A DNA stretch of 64,000 bases from a virus (lineage: Duplodnaviria > Heunggongvirae > Uroviricota > Caudoviricetes), in the IMG/VR virus record IMGVR_UViG_3300025858_000011, one strand, 5' to 3'. Below the pieces are notes generated by a model, which was not told where the DNA came from, made no database searches, and worked only from the letters and a program-made list of their open reading frames with translations. The position numbers and the translations under genes were made by a program. This document shows, in pieces, positions 45,885 to 56,700 of the stretch (position 1 is its first letter; the number at the start of each line of letters is the position of its first letter).

Positions 45885-47186
45885 ACCGAAGTTGATTGAT
45901 TTAACAGGATTTCTATATTTAATATCCATTTCTTTATTTCGCGAACCGTCTGCATTAAAAAATTTTTCATATGGAATATTATATATAAAACTGCCTGTAT
46001 AACAATGCAAATCTAAATTTTTTTCAAGAGCCTCTATGAATCTTGGTTCTCGAGATAAGTGTGCCAATAGTCTAAGTTCTTGCTGACTAAAGTCTGCACT
46101 TATAATTCTCCAATCTGGATCTTGGGCCTGAAATGGAGTTCGATACGCTTGTTGTTTAGGGATATTATTCATATTAGGATTACGACTTGCAAATCTTCCT
46201 GAGTCAGCTCCTAATTGCATAAAATCAGAATGAATCCTATCAGTTACTGGGTGTACATTTTCGTTTATAAATGTTTCACCGTAAGTTGATATTTTTTTCA
46301 CGGCTCTGCGATACTCCAGTAAATCTTTAATTACTGGGTATTCTTCTTCATGCATTGAGAGTGCAGCATCAGCAGTAGAAGTAATTTTCATTTTGCAAAT
46401 TTTTTCTAATATAGGACTTATCTGCTTAGGAGAATTATAGTTTATTGAAAGACTCCCAAATAAATCCTTTTCACAAAATGGATTAAAATGCGTATCTAAC
46501 TTAACTCTAATTGTTTGTGCTTCAGTTTCAGCGAGACCTTGAAGAGCTAACCATGATTGTTTATTAATAAAAATCCCGTTATACTCAAGATCACCAGTTG
46601 CAACCAATGTACCAAATTCAAGGGCTGCTAAGTTTTGCATACTTCTTGAACTTAAAAGTGAATCTAATTTATTATATAATGGAATAAGGAATTCTACATC
46701 TTGTGCGGCGTAGTTTATTTGCTCTTCTGAAAAATCTTGTCCATATTTCATGTCAGCAAATGAAGTTGTTATCGCCTTATTCACATTAGTATAAAGATAC
46801 TTTTCCAGTACGGCATCCAAATTAAATCGTACTTTAGACTTTCCTTGGTTTAAAAGTTGCTCTGCGAGCATCGTATCTTTCCAAGTGTCCAGATCAATTC
46901 CGTAATGGCCTTTAATCATTTCATAATCAAATTTGGCATTATGTCCAATAAGGGTGCAGCCAGTATTTTTAAGAAATTTTAAAAGATCTTTAATTTTATT
47001 TTGTAGAAGAAAACAATTAAATACAAATTGATCATTCTCATCTCCAATTTGTATTAGTAATACATTTCCTTCGTGAGGGTCTAATGTATTTGTTTCAGTG
47101 TCGAACGCCCATAGTTTTTGGCGTTCAAGCATAATTAGTGCTTGATCAAATTTTGTGGATGTGCATATATAATGTACATTTTTCAT
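45885..47186 (-). CDS. polA: DNA polymerase A exon 1 (3'-5' exonuclease plus motifs A/B); spliced product about 601 aa
   Basis: AFDTET, HNAKFD, YAAQDV, GRFASRNPNMNNIP, ADFSQQELRLLAH, KSINFG. Confidence 0.92.
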
Positions 47187-47980
47187 AGATATGAGCGCAG
47201 TTTTGCACTCCGGTGTTTTAATTGAAGACGTCCAAGAGCTCGTTTTTTTATTTGCCTGATACGCTCTCTGGTAAGTCCTAATTCATCTCCGATGTCTTTT
47301 AAAGTATATGCCCTGGGATATCCAATGCCATAATACATTTTAAGAATCTGTTTGTCTCTGTCAGGAAATCCTTTTAAAGATGTTTCAAATTCTAATAAAA
47401 AATCTTCGGTTGTATTTTCGGGGGATAATGTGGATTCAGCGGGAACAATCTCATCCAGAGTTTTATCATTTTCTGTCTGGGGTTTATTGAGATCTATCAT
47501 TGTGTAACTATATTGTTTATCTATTAATATTTCCGGGTTTTCCAGAAATATCTCAAGTTCATTAGTGCTTGGTTCTCTTCCGAGTTGTTCTATTAATTCT
47601 TCACGGGCTTTATCTATTTTAGCAACATTGGCAATTTTATTTAGTGGAATTCTTATACTCTTGGCATTTTCATGAATTGCATTCAAAATTGATTGACGAA
47701 TCCACCATACTGCATACGATATAAATTTTACATTTCTGTCTAAATCAAATCTGTCTAATGCTTTTAATAATCCTAAGTTCCCTTCGGATATTAAATCATC
47801 TAATAGAAGCCCTTGCCCCTGGTACGATTTTGCGATGCTTACAACAAATTTTAAATTACAATTTATTATACTGTCATATGCGCGCCTATCTCCAGTTTTT
47901 GCTTTGGCTATAGTTTCTCTTTCTTTTCCTCGTTCCAGGGGTTGGAACCTATCTAACTCTTTAAAGTATTCATCAAGCAT
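47183..47980 (-). CDS. sigma70-family RNA polymerase sigma factor (regions 2-4)
   Basis: NLKFVVSIAK.Y, DLISEGNLGL, FISYAVWWIRQ, TLKDIG..LGLTRERIRQI. Confidence 0.92.
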   Translation of the reverse strand: MLDEYFKELDRFQPLERGKERETIAKAKTGDRRAYDSIINCNLKFVVSIAKSYQGQGLLLDDLISEGNLGLLKALDRFDLDRNVKFISYAVWWIRQSILNAIHENAKSIRIPLNKIANVAKIDKAREELIEQLGREPSTNELEIFLENPEILIDKQYSYTMIDLNKPQTENDKTLDEIVPAESTLSPENTTEDFLLEFETSLKGFPDRDKQILKMYYGIGYPRAYTLKDIGDELGLTRERIRQIKKRALGRLQLKHRSAKLRSYL

Positions 47981-47990
47981 GTTATGTCCT

Positions 47991-48557
47991 CTATAATTTC
48001 ATTAACTTTAGTATGGGAATCACATCGACTAATGAATTTATAAATGACCCAGTCCAATTTGTATTCCAAGGCCTAGCATAGCAAAATGCTGTTCTTTTAT
48101 GGTTAACCCATGACGTAAGATTTCCGCATTCGTCATCAATTAATATGTCACCTTGGTATAAATACTTATCACAATATCCGATAAAAGCTAAATTGGTTGT
48201 TAAGAAGTTATTTCTATGCAACCACTGTATTGTAAGTAATTTTAAAATGTAAGTTGGTTGAGAAGACACTATGGTTAGTGTATGCCCATCTGCGTCACAA
48301 TAATTTTTCAGACAAGAAAACTCATAAGCTGCTGTTGGGTATGGAGCACTATCTAAAAATACTTCTTCTACCTTATCAACAAAAATAAAATTTCTTATAT
48401 AGTCTTTATCGGCAGGATACCCTAGAAAGATATCGCGGCTGTCTTTAATTAAATGAATCTCTTCCCCTGAAAATTGAGGATGATACTTAATAAAAACTTC
48501 TGCGCATCTTTCCGTAAATGGTCGTAAGACCCCGTCTACATCAAGGCAAATTATCAA
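47991..48557 (-). CDS. HAD-family 5'(3')-deoxyribonucleotidase
   Basis: LDVDGVL; DILIDD; RPWN. Confidence 0.8.
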   Translation of the reverse strand: MIICLDVDGVLRPFTERCAEVFIKYHPQFSGEEIHLIKDSRDIFLGYPADKDYIRNFIFVDKVEEVFLDSAPYPTAAYEFSCLKNYCDADGHTLTIVSSQPTYILKLLTIQWLHRNNFLTTNLAFIGYCDKYLYQGDILIDDECGNLTSWVNHKRTAFCYARPWNTNWTGSFINSLVDVIPILKLMKL

Positions 48558-49246
48558 ATGTCAATTATCCTATATGAATTCTTATTTTTACAAAAATTTC
48601 CCAGTCCGATCACATTATTATTTATGTAGTTTACATGATGATGTCCATGAATTACAAGTTTTGGATTAGCAATGGCAAGCACCTTATTTAAAAGAGCAAG
48701 TCCCTCTTCGTGTTCTTTAAAGTTTGGAAGGACTCCAGTAGGTGCAGCATGTAATAAAGCAATATCTATCTTTTTTCCAACAACATTATTAGTAGTGTAC
48801 ATTAGATCTTCTTCTGTAAAAAATCTTTTAGATCTGTTTCTTAAAGAAAAATTTGATAATGTTGATTGTACTGGGGAATAAATTCCTCCAAAACCTAAAA
48901 TATTTATATCCTTTATATTCACTACTGTACCATTATAGATGTATATAAATCCTAAATCTCTAAATTCCTGTTTTTCGATAAATGAGTAATCGTCGTGATT
49001 TCCCTTAACAAAATATACAGATTTATTAAGTTTTTTCAAAGCATTATTTTTTAATTTATAAATAAATGACTTTATTAATTTTGGACTATGTTTAATAGCC
49101 ATTGTATCTTGATTTGCTATATTTAGATCTGAATACAGTCCCAGGTCGCCTACTTGTAAAACTATGTCTACGTCTGTATTATTAACGAGGTTTACAAAAG
49201 CACTATAATGGGTATGCACATCCCCTATTATTAAAATTCTAGTCAT
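48554..49246 (-). CDS. Calcineurin-like metallophosphoesterase
   Basis: GDVH, GDLG, GNHD, HGHHH. Confidence 0.88.
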   Translation of the reverse strand: MTRILIIGDVHTHYSAFVNLVNNTDVDIVLQVGDLGLYSDLNIANQDTMAIKHSPKLIKSFIYKLKNNALKKLNKSVYFVKGNHDDYSFIEKQEFRDLGFIYIYNGTVVNIKDINILGFGGIYSPVQSTLSNFSLRNRSKRFFTEEDLMYTTNNVVGKKIDIALLHAAPTGVLPNFKEHEEGLALLNKVLAIANPKLVIHGHHHVNYINNNVIGLGNFCKNKNSYRIIDI

Positions 49247-49649
49247 GGGGAAACTCTTTTATTTTATTTATAGTTAGTATGTCATCTATTTTTTGCATAG
49301 CAGTACTTCTAGCTTTTTCGGTAAATCCCCATGGAGCATCCGGGCCTCCAATGGCCAAAGATCCTTGTATGGTATCATGTATTACCATAAGATTTGCGGC
49401 ATTTAATCCGTTAGAGGGAAGATCTTCGATGAACACAAATCTCGGTACTATTGTTAAATCATCTGCTGGTACGTCTTCAAAAAAGTTACTTTCTGGACGA
49501 ACATAAAGTTGAGGTGTTTCCCCCAAATGTTTATATAATACTCCAGCAATAAAATCCCCTTTTTTATCAGCTAAAAAAATATTAGCCAATACTTCAAATT
49601 CTCCGCCTTTAAAGTGTTTATATTTTCCCAACCTTGCCATATGTATCAT
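49239..49649 (-). CDS. DUF1653-like domain protein
   Basis: GKYKHFKGGEFEV..VLYK..LYVRP..F. Confidence 0.7.
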   Translation of the reverse strand: MIHMARLGKYKHFKGGEFEVLANIFLADKKGDFIAGVLYKHLGETPQLYVRPESNFFEDVPADDLTIVPRFVFIEDLPSNGLNAANLMVIHDTIQGSLAIGGPDAPWGFTEKARSTAMQKIDDILTINKIKEFPHD

Positions 49650-49851
49650 CTCCTAATTTAATTATTTCTCCCAAGGATAACCGTTCACAAATAGAACAGC
49701 CCTCAGGTCGTAATTTTTGTTGGCATTCGTCTGGATTATCCCAATTATGAAAAATGGTATCCCATTTTTCCTGGGTTACATCCAGATCTGTTTGAATATT
49801 TTTTATTTCATTAAAGTCTTTTGACTCTCTTGGATGATTTTCTTTACTCAT
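49618..49851 (-). CDS. Hypothetical protein (CxxC)
   Basis: Coupled to the E1 gene by overlap. Confidence 0.5.
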   Translation of the reverse strand: MSKENHPRESKDFNEIKNIQTDLDVTQEKWDTIFHNWDNPDECQQKLRPEGCSICERLSLGEIIKLGDDTYGKVGKI

Positions 49852-50438
49852 ACCATCAACCTCAAGTTTGGACGGTTATAATCTCCTCTAATCCAATTTA
49901 ATAGAAGTTGAGAACCAATTGCTGCAATTATTTTATTACCTTGCTGGATTAATCCTGCACTCAATTCAAATTCTAATTGACAGCTTCCGGATCCCGTATC
50001 TTCCTTGGGAAGAGTTTCAACCATGTGCTCATATGTATTATCTTTATGTTTTACATAATATGCAATAGATCTTCCTTCACTACGAAGGTCAAGCCAATAA
50101 ATTTCCGGCATAGTCTCAAGGTATTTAAATAAATCTAATCTAAATTGTTTATTATCAACTGCACTAACTATGCAATTATATTGTGCCAGTTCTGACACAT
50201 CTATTACTTTGTGAGAAACTCCCAAAAAACCATACTTACTTGAAATGCACTCTACTTTATAATCCATGATATCAACTTTATCAAATTTTTGATATCTTAG
50301 ATTTTTATCTTCAACGATGTCATCGTCGAAAAATGTAAAACCAATATTTGAAAATTGATTAAATTTTTGTAGTTCATATAAATTAAAGGCAAGATAACTT
50401 CCAATTCCACCAGCTCCAACAATTGCTACTTTTTTCAT
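49848..50438 (-). CDS. ThiF/E1-like adenylating enzyme
   Basis: VGAGGIGS, DDDIVEDKNLRYQ, VSAVDN, DLRSEG, candidate active Cys in GSGSCQ. Confidence 0.88.
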   Translation of the reverse strand: MKKVAIVGAGGIGSYLAFNLYELQKFNQFSNIGFTFFDDDIVEDKNLRYQKFDKVDIMDYKVECISSKYGFLGVSHKVIDVSELAQYNCIVSAVDNKQFRLDLFKYLETMPEIYWLDLRSEGRSIAYYVKHKDNTYEHMVETLPKEDTGSGSCQLEFELSAGLIQQGNKIIAAIGSQLLLNWIRGDYNRPNLRLMV

Positions 50439-50902
50439 TTTCCTTCCACCTCTAAATGTGCAGGTTCATATCTAACAATATCATCTGAATAGTATGTATT
50501 TATTTCTTTATATAATGGGGAGTAAATTACATAGATTCCTCTATAATTTGCACCAATTATATCTGTTGACGACGGTCTTGCAATATTTCTTGGATGAGTA
50601 TGAAATATCAGTACCAATTCATCTGTCATAGTATCGTCAAATAATTTAGTTTTTGATATTACTTTGAAAAGCTCATTTGGGTCCGGAATGTAATCAGTGT
50701 CCGCGTGTACATCAAATAGTTTTGCTATTTCTTTGTATTTTGGATCTCTAACTACATTTTTTATTTTTGTAATTTGTAAACATATAAAAGTTTCTTTATT
50801 AATTACTCCGGTTCCGACCGCTATCACCTCATCATAAAGGCTATCATCCCCGTACTTTATTAACCCATGCAATAATTCTTTTCGTATTTTTAATGTTTTC
50901 AT
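50435..50902 (-). CDS. JAB/MPN metallopeptidase (deubiquitinase-like)
   Basis: DEV upstream Glu; FHTHPRNIARPSSTD fits HxHx7Sx2D. Confidence 0.85.
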   Translation of the reverse strand: MKTLKIRKELLHGLIKYGDDSLYDEVIAVGTGVINKETFICLQITKIKNVVRDPKYKEIAKLFDVHADTDYIPDPNELFKVISKTKLFDDTMTDELVLIFHTHPRNIARPSSTDIIGANYRGIYVIYSPLYKEINTYYSDDIVRYEPAHLEVEGK

Positions 50903-50908
50903 AATAAT

Positions 50909-50930
50909 AAGGGCAGGTTTCCCTGCCCTT
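50909..50930 (-). terminator. GAAA-capped hairpin between the Ubl and JAB genes
   Basis: aagggcagg-gaaa-cctgccctt (9 bp) with only a weak U-rich tail. Confidence 0.45.
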
Positions 50931-50937
50931 CCTAAAT

Positions 50938-51165
50938 TTAATTTCCACCAACAAGTCCGTTTGTTAACACTAGGTCTTGGGCAGCCGCCAAATCTTCAAT
51001 TGTAATGTCGTTTGGTGACTTGAATTCATTATTAATATATAACCACTTTCCGTTCTTAGTGGCTTCAGTAATATGCTCCAGTGCCTCATCCAGATCAAAA
51101 TCGTAATCTGTATGACCTTGACTTGAAACTTCTTTTATGTGAACTCTTATTGTATGATCTATCAT
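50938..51165 (-). CDS. Ubiquitin-like (ThiS/MoaD beta-grasp) protein ending GG-N
   Basis: 75 aa; WLYINNEF..DLVLTNGLVGG-N matches the beta-grasp C-terminal pattern; adjacent to JAB and E1. Confidence 0.75.
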   Translation of the reverse strand: MIDHTIRVHIKEVSSQGHTDYDFDLDEALEHITEATKNGKWLYINNEFKSPNDITIEDLAAAQDLVLTNGLVGGN

Positions 51166-53333
51166 CTTAATGTATGTATTTGGTTTGCGAGCATTGAGTC
51201 ATTATGTAATGCATAGACTCTGTTTACGACTTTATCCATTCCTACTTGGGCTGCTGATTTGTCTACGATGCAGACATACTGCCCGCTAGGATATCGATAA
51301 ACGCCATTCTTTTTTTCTGGATTATCTACATCTACTTCTAGAATATAAGTATCCAGTTTACCCTTAATTAAATAGCCATGATAGGTATGTCCCGTGTCCA
51401 CACGGTGATCCCCTACGCTTATTTTAAATCTTTCCTCTGTATCCTTTAATAATTTTTGACTTTTTTCAACTGCTGTAATAAATTCTTTTGCAGCTGCGTC
51501 AACCAATGCCCTAATTTGATCAAATCCTACACCATCTAGAACTTTGGGGTTCATAAAAACATTTAAGACATCCACAAGATCTCTTGAATTATGAAGTTCA
51601 ATAATTTTATGTGTGTCTCTAACTTTGAATTTATTACCCTCAATTACTAGATAATTTATATTTTTGGAACGGACCAATGGCAATTTCATATTAATAGTAC
51701 AATCATTAAATTCATCTCTAACATTCATTGATACCCCTCTTTGCAAATACTTATGTATTTTCAAAGAGCACTTTGAGACTTCAGAGAGAAAATAATTATA
51801 ATCTTTTTGAGTTGTAAAACATAATGCGCGTTCGAGACATTCATATACTTCTTCAAAATTAATTCTAATATCATTAATATATGTTAAGGTATTCATTGCC
51901 CCGGTAGAACTTTTTATTTTTGATCTAACTACTTTGAATGATACATCCCCGATTGTCCCCTCAGCGGATTCATCTCTTTTTTCTACTTTTTTAACGACAT
52001 CTTTTAAAAATGTAGCGAACACACTATCAAAAGTAACAGTGTCAATGTTTATATATCTTGCTACAGTAGTCAAAATATTATACACCCAATTTTCGTCTAT
52101 ATCAGGACTGGAGATTGTTAATAATTGTTTCTCGTATGTGATTCCAGATTTTTTAAAAACGATACCATTTATATTCAGAAATTTATCAGGGAGTTTAACA
52201 TGTTCAAGTCTTGCTTCTAACTTTTTATTGAGTTCTTCCTGATCTTTTCGCTCTGATTGTTGTCTTTCCATCTTTTGTTGATAACGTTTTATTATTATAC
52301 CAATATCAGTGTTAGTGACAATTAATGGAAGTGCGGTTTCTGGTGTAATTTTGGTAAGATCGTCAATTACTTCTTTTGTTGGGAAAACGGGTGTGGCATC
52401 TGCATAGGCAATTATTCCTAATAAAGACATATCGGAGATATAAATAGATGTAAAAAATCTTCCTACGTCAATATAATCATAGCACCTATTTTCATGATTA
52501 ACAGCTTTAATAAAAAAATGAGTGCCAAAATAAGACGAACCTATACTCGGCCTGCCGGGATCATGCATAAATGTTGAAAGAGAATATCTTATGTTATTTA
52601 CTTCTACAACATCGGTAATACAACATAATGCATAATTTTTTCCCATTGCTGAAGTTACTTTTAATAAACTGTCATTTTGTAAAAATGAGTATTTAGCAGT
52701 GGGAAATAATAGTTTGAAAAAAGAAGAAAATGCTGCTCTGTTCTCTGAGTAACATTGATAACGATCAGGTTCAAAGAGTTCATTTCCCAATTCTAATATA
52801 ACCGCACGCAATGCTACTATAAACGCTTTAACGTTTTTAAATTTACGAGAAGGTCCTAAATTTCTGACTATTTTTGATAGTACATTTGCATTTAAATATA
52901 AATCAAAAAATGTTGAAATAATTTTTAATAAGTCAAGATCAGCATCGGTTATTTTTTCTATAAGCGCTATATTAATAGCCGAGTAACTTGTTCCACGCGC
53001 AAAATAGTACCCAGTATACTTTTTAGGAAGACGCCTGTAAAATGAGTCTTCTATACTAACTACTACATTTGGATTTACTTTACGTAATTTGAAGAAGGAA
53101 ACATTATTGGCATCATATCCATAACCAGTAGTTCCTCCACTTTTAGTGGCAATTGTATCATTACTTTTTATAACAGCAACTAAAGAACCTGTAGTTGAAG
53201 TCTCTTTGAAATTTTCTCCAGACTCTTTTTTGAATTTATCAGGGTGGGTTGCCAAATGGCTAAGTTGTTCTTCTGTGAAATCAAGATTGTAAATTTTATT
53301 TAATGCGGGGAATATGTTTATGTTGCATCTCAT
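51162..53333 (-). CDS. Large hypothetical protein coupled to the Ubl gene
   Basis: 723 aa; ATGA overlap with the Ubl start; coiled coil mid-protein; C-terminal YVCIVD. Confidence 0.6.
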   Translation of the reverse strand: MRCNINIFPALNKIYNLDFTEEQLSHLATHPDKFKKESGENFKETSTTGSLVAVIKSNDTIATKSGGTTGYGYDANNVSFFKLRKVNPNVVVSIEDSFYRRLPKKYTGYYFARGTSYSAINIALIEKITDADLDLLKIISTFFDLYLNANVLSKIVRNLGPSRKFKNVKAFIVALRAVILELGNELFEPDRYQCYSENRAAFSSFFKLLFPTAKYSFLQNDSLLKVTSAMGKNYALCCITDVVEVNNIRYSLSTFMHDPGRPSIGSSYFGTHFFIKAVNHENRCYDYIDVGRFFTSIYISDMSLLGIIAYADATPVFPTKEVIDDLTKITPETALPLIVTNTDIGIIIKRYQQKMERQQSERKDQEELNKKLEARLEHVKLPDKFLNINGIVFKKSGITYEKQLLTISSPDIDENWVYNILTTVARYINIDTVTFDSVFATFLKDVVKKVEKRDESAEGTIGDVSFKVVRSKIKSSTGAMNTLTYINDIRINFEEVYECLERALCFTTQKDYNYFLSEVSKCSLKIHKYLQRGVSMNVRDEFNDCTINMKLPLVRSKNINYLVIEGNKFKVRDTHKIIELHNSRDLVDVLNVFMNPKVLDGVGFDQIRALVDAAAKEFITAVEKSQKLLKDTEERFKISVGDHRVDTGHTYHGYLIKGKLDTYILEVDVDNPEKKNGVYRYPSGQYVCIVDKSAAQVGMDKVVNRVYALHNDSMLANQIHTLR

Positions 53334-53712
53334 TGTCAGTTTCCTGGTCTATAAATTTACATGCTACAAGTACAAGATAATCTTTTTTATCTGGATAGAC
53401 CTGTACCTCCGTATGTAAAAAATCTTTTAATTGTTTTTTATCGTAAAACTGCATTAACTTACCAAGTGGACTCCCTGAAGTTATTGTATCAGTATCTGCA
53501 GTCGCCAAAAATAATCCCTTTATAGGATTTTGACTTGTTCTATTAACCCAAACATCCGAGATAACAAATTCTCGGTTATTTTGATCATTAACAAAAAATG
53601 TAACTTTATTTAGAGTTATTCCCTTATTAGGAATTGTAACTGGTATGCTTTTTATATCATTAACAGTAACTACTCTTAGTTTACTTAATTTAAAATTTAA
53701 GTAATCCTCCAT
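53296..53712 (-). CDS. Hypothetical protein
   Basis: ORF with GGAGG RBS. Confidence 0.55.
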   Translation of the reverse strand: MEDYLNFKLSKLRVVTVNDIKSIPVTIPNKGITLNKVTFFVNDQNNREFVISDVWVNRTSQNPIKGLFLATADTDTITSGSPLGKLMQFYDKKQLKDFLHTEVQVYPDKKDYLVLVACKFIDQETDNEMQHKHIPRIK

Positions 53713-53736
53713 AATATGTTGTCGGTTTATGTTTGT

Positions 53737-56700
53737 CTATCCGCATTTGCTTCCGCATTTGCATGATTTGCACCCTTCTTGAAATTTGAACTCTTCTCCA
53801 CAAATGGAACAAACTTGGGAAGTAATATTTTCAGCGGGTTTCTTTTTTTCTTTCTTTTCTGAAGAGGCCATTGACTCTTCTCTAAGATCTAATTCTCTAG
53901 TAAGTGCTTTTGCAATAGCGTCAACAGGAGATTGTGATAGTTTTCCCTTATACCAGGTAGGAAGAAAACTTATTCCTTTTATGGTATCTATTAGCTCCAG
54001 AATATCCGCACTGTATACTCGTATAGACGTAGATAATAATCTACAAATAGCATTTATATACCCTGATATATCAGACCCGGATTTTCCGAATGATCCAAAC
54101 ACTTCTACGATTCTTCCTCTATTTTGAAGAATCTCTCTCACGGTTGTGTAATCTTCTGGCGATAACTCTTTATTTATTGTTAAGTACATATTGCCATTAG
54201 CAGCAGGTACTTTTTCAGTATAACCATAATATCTATCGGGGCGCTCTTTTAATAATGTGTCTGGAACGACATAGTTCTTATTAGATTTAGAGGTATCCTC
54301 AGAATTTAAAACCTGAAGATCTCTGGACCCATCCCGATATACAGTAAATGCTTTAATAACATTTGTTTTATGTGCATATAGCAACGCTCGTTCTATGTCT
54401 TTTTCCGTAGCATTATTGGGAAGGTTTATAGTCTTGCTAATACCATTCTCAATGTATTTTTGCCAGTATTCCAAATGCTTTAAATGCCATAGGTACGGCA
54501 CATCATTTGCCTTTACGAAGTAATCCGGTAAAGTTTCTACTTTATTATTTTTTAGATATTCCTCGGCGATCAAATTATATACTACGTGATCTCCGGTCTC
54601 ATCTTTTCGATAAGTTATGTAATCAAAATTAGGCTCAATTCCGGAAGAGCACCCGGCGATCATACTGACAGTGCCTGTAGGTTGGATCGAGGATACAGCC
54701 ATATTACGGCGAGAGAACCCTATGGCACAACCTTTTTCTTTTCCAAGTTCGATGGAGTAGTCATTTAGCACTTGCATCATAAAAGAACCGATGTCATCTA
54801 TTAAAGCTAATGCCTTATCAGAATCATATCTGGTTTCCATTAGAATCAATAGGTCTGCCCATCCCATTAAACCAACGCCTACGTTACGAAACGATCGCGC
54901 TACTTCATTAATACTATCCAATCCATAGTCTGCCGCGTCGATACTATTGTCACCAAATCTTAATGCAATCTCGAGTTGTTCTTTAAACTTATCAAAATCA
55001 AACGTTTTAGTGGTTACATTAAAAAATTTGGTCAAGTTTACACTAACAAGATTACAAACACCCTTGTCTATTAAAGCTTGTTCACCACAATTATGGACAA
55101 CGACCCCGTTACTCATATTATAATGCTTTGTCGTTTTGAAATCCCATACTTCTTGTGGCTCTACTACAGACTCAATGTTCTCTACTTTTAATGAAATTTG
55201 GTATGGTTTACAAAAAGATTTAATTTTATTATTTTTGTAATAAGATAAAAATCCTATTTTTTCTTTAAATTTTATTGCATTACGAGGAGCAATTTGTAAG
55301 TTATAACTAACTTTACTGGTATAATCCCCATTAACCCAACTTATCAGTGTTGATTTATTTGTGTTAATCCAAGATTTAATACCAAAGGCACTTAAGATTA
55401 TCTGTATTTGTTGAACTAGTTTTTTTGAGGTACTTTTTAATGATATTTGACTATTAAAATTAACGCTCCCGTTAGCCTCATATAGACCGATAAGAAATGA
55501 CCGTAGTAGATCTTTATTGGCTTTAAAATAAGAGTCCGATAAAATTCTGTCATACGTATGTTTTTCTAAAAAGTCAATATTAAACGGAAGATCTTGTTTA
55601 TTAATATAGAAATTACCACATTTTTCATCTTTAAATCCAAATTGATGTAAAAGTAAGGTGATTTCACGTTCTTTTTCTCTTGTTAATTTAACAGAAACGC
55701 CTTGTTTCTTCCCAGTTAAAAATCCATCGCCAAATAAAAATCCTTGTAAAACATTCTCGTATGAAATAGGTTTGGTGACTTCCCAGTCTCCAAGTCCCCA
55801 TGCAATTTTCTTTTTATAAGAATCTTTTGCTTCAATAAATGTGCCATCTTCTAACATAAGTTTGTGGTCAGGAGTAACAACTATTTCATGACCCGCATTA
55901 GTAGTTAATTTAATACATGGCTTTGTCCCAGTTTTCCAAGAAGTCCACAATGTCCCGGATTGCTCTGAAATTGAGAGTAGATGATTTTTATCAAATAATA
56001 TACTATCTTTATGTAGGCAGGGATTGGTGGAAATTAAAACTGTTCCTTTTGGATGGGGAGTGTCCCGATTTACGATGTCTTTAAAAATAACACCGGGCTC
56101 TCCGTTCATCCAGGAATTATCTATTATTTTGTTCCAAATTTCTTTGGCCTTTACTGTAGCATAAACTTTAATTGGCTTTCCCGCTTCTTTCCACCCATCG
56201 AAGTCTCCATCCCATTCCTCGTTATAAGCAGGATATTTTTTATAATCGGGAAACCATAGGTCAATATCCTTATCGTCAGCAACGGCAGTAAAAAATTCTT
56301 TAGTAACTAATACGGACACATTAAAATGTGTAAGATCTTGCTCAGTTTGTTTACAAGTTATAAAGTTTAATATATCTGGATGACGGTAGTCAAACGTCGC
56401 CATCATTGCTCCCGCCCGAAGTCCGCCTTGCCGGATAGTTTCTCCGATGGCTAGGTCATATATTTTCATAAATGAAACTGGACCTGAGGCTTTTCCGCCA
56501 ACCTGCCGTACGATTTCTCCCCTTGGCCTAAGAGTGGAAAAATTAAAACCAGTGTTGTGAATTACTATGAAAGCATTGCCGTTGAACGCGATATAATTAT
56601 TATTAGTTTTTACAGTAAAATCATAAAGAATTTCATCACATTCGCCAATATTTACTGATTTCACTATTTCTAATCGTGCGGCATAACAGTCAGCTTTTGG

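Noticed and set aside
44033-47186. polA as a fragmented pseudogene
   Set aside because: Both gaps have group I intron hallmarks, and removing them restores conserved motifs in frame.
49848-51165. ThiF/ThiS as an auxiliary thiamine or MoCo sulfur-relay pathway
   Set aside because: No thiG, moaE, cysteine synthase, desulfurase or rhodanese gene in the window. Disfavoured but not formally excluded, since JAB also occurs in sulfur-carrier operons.
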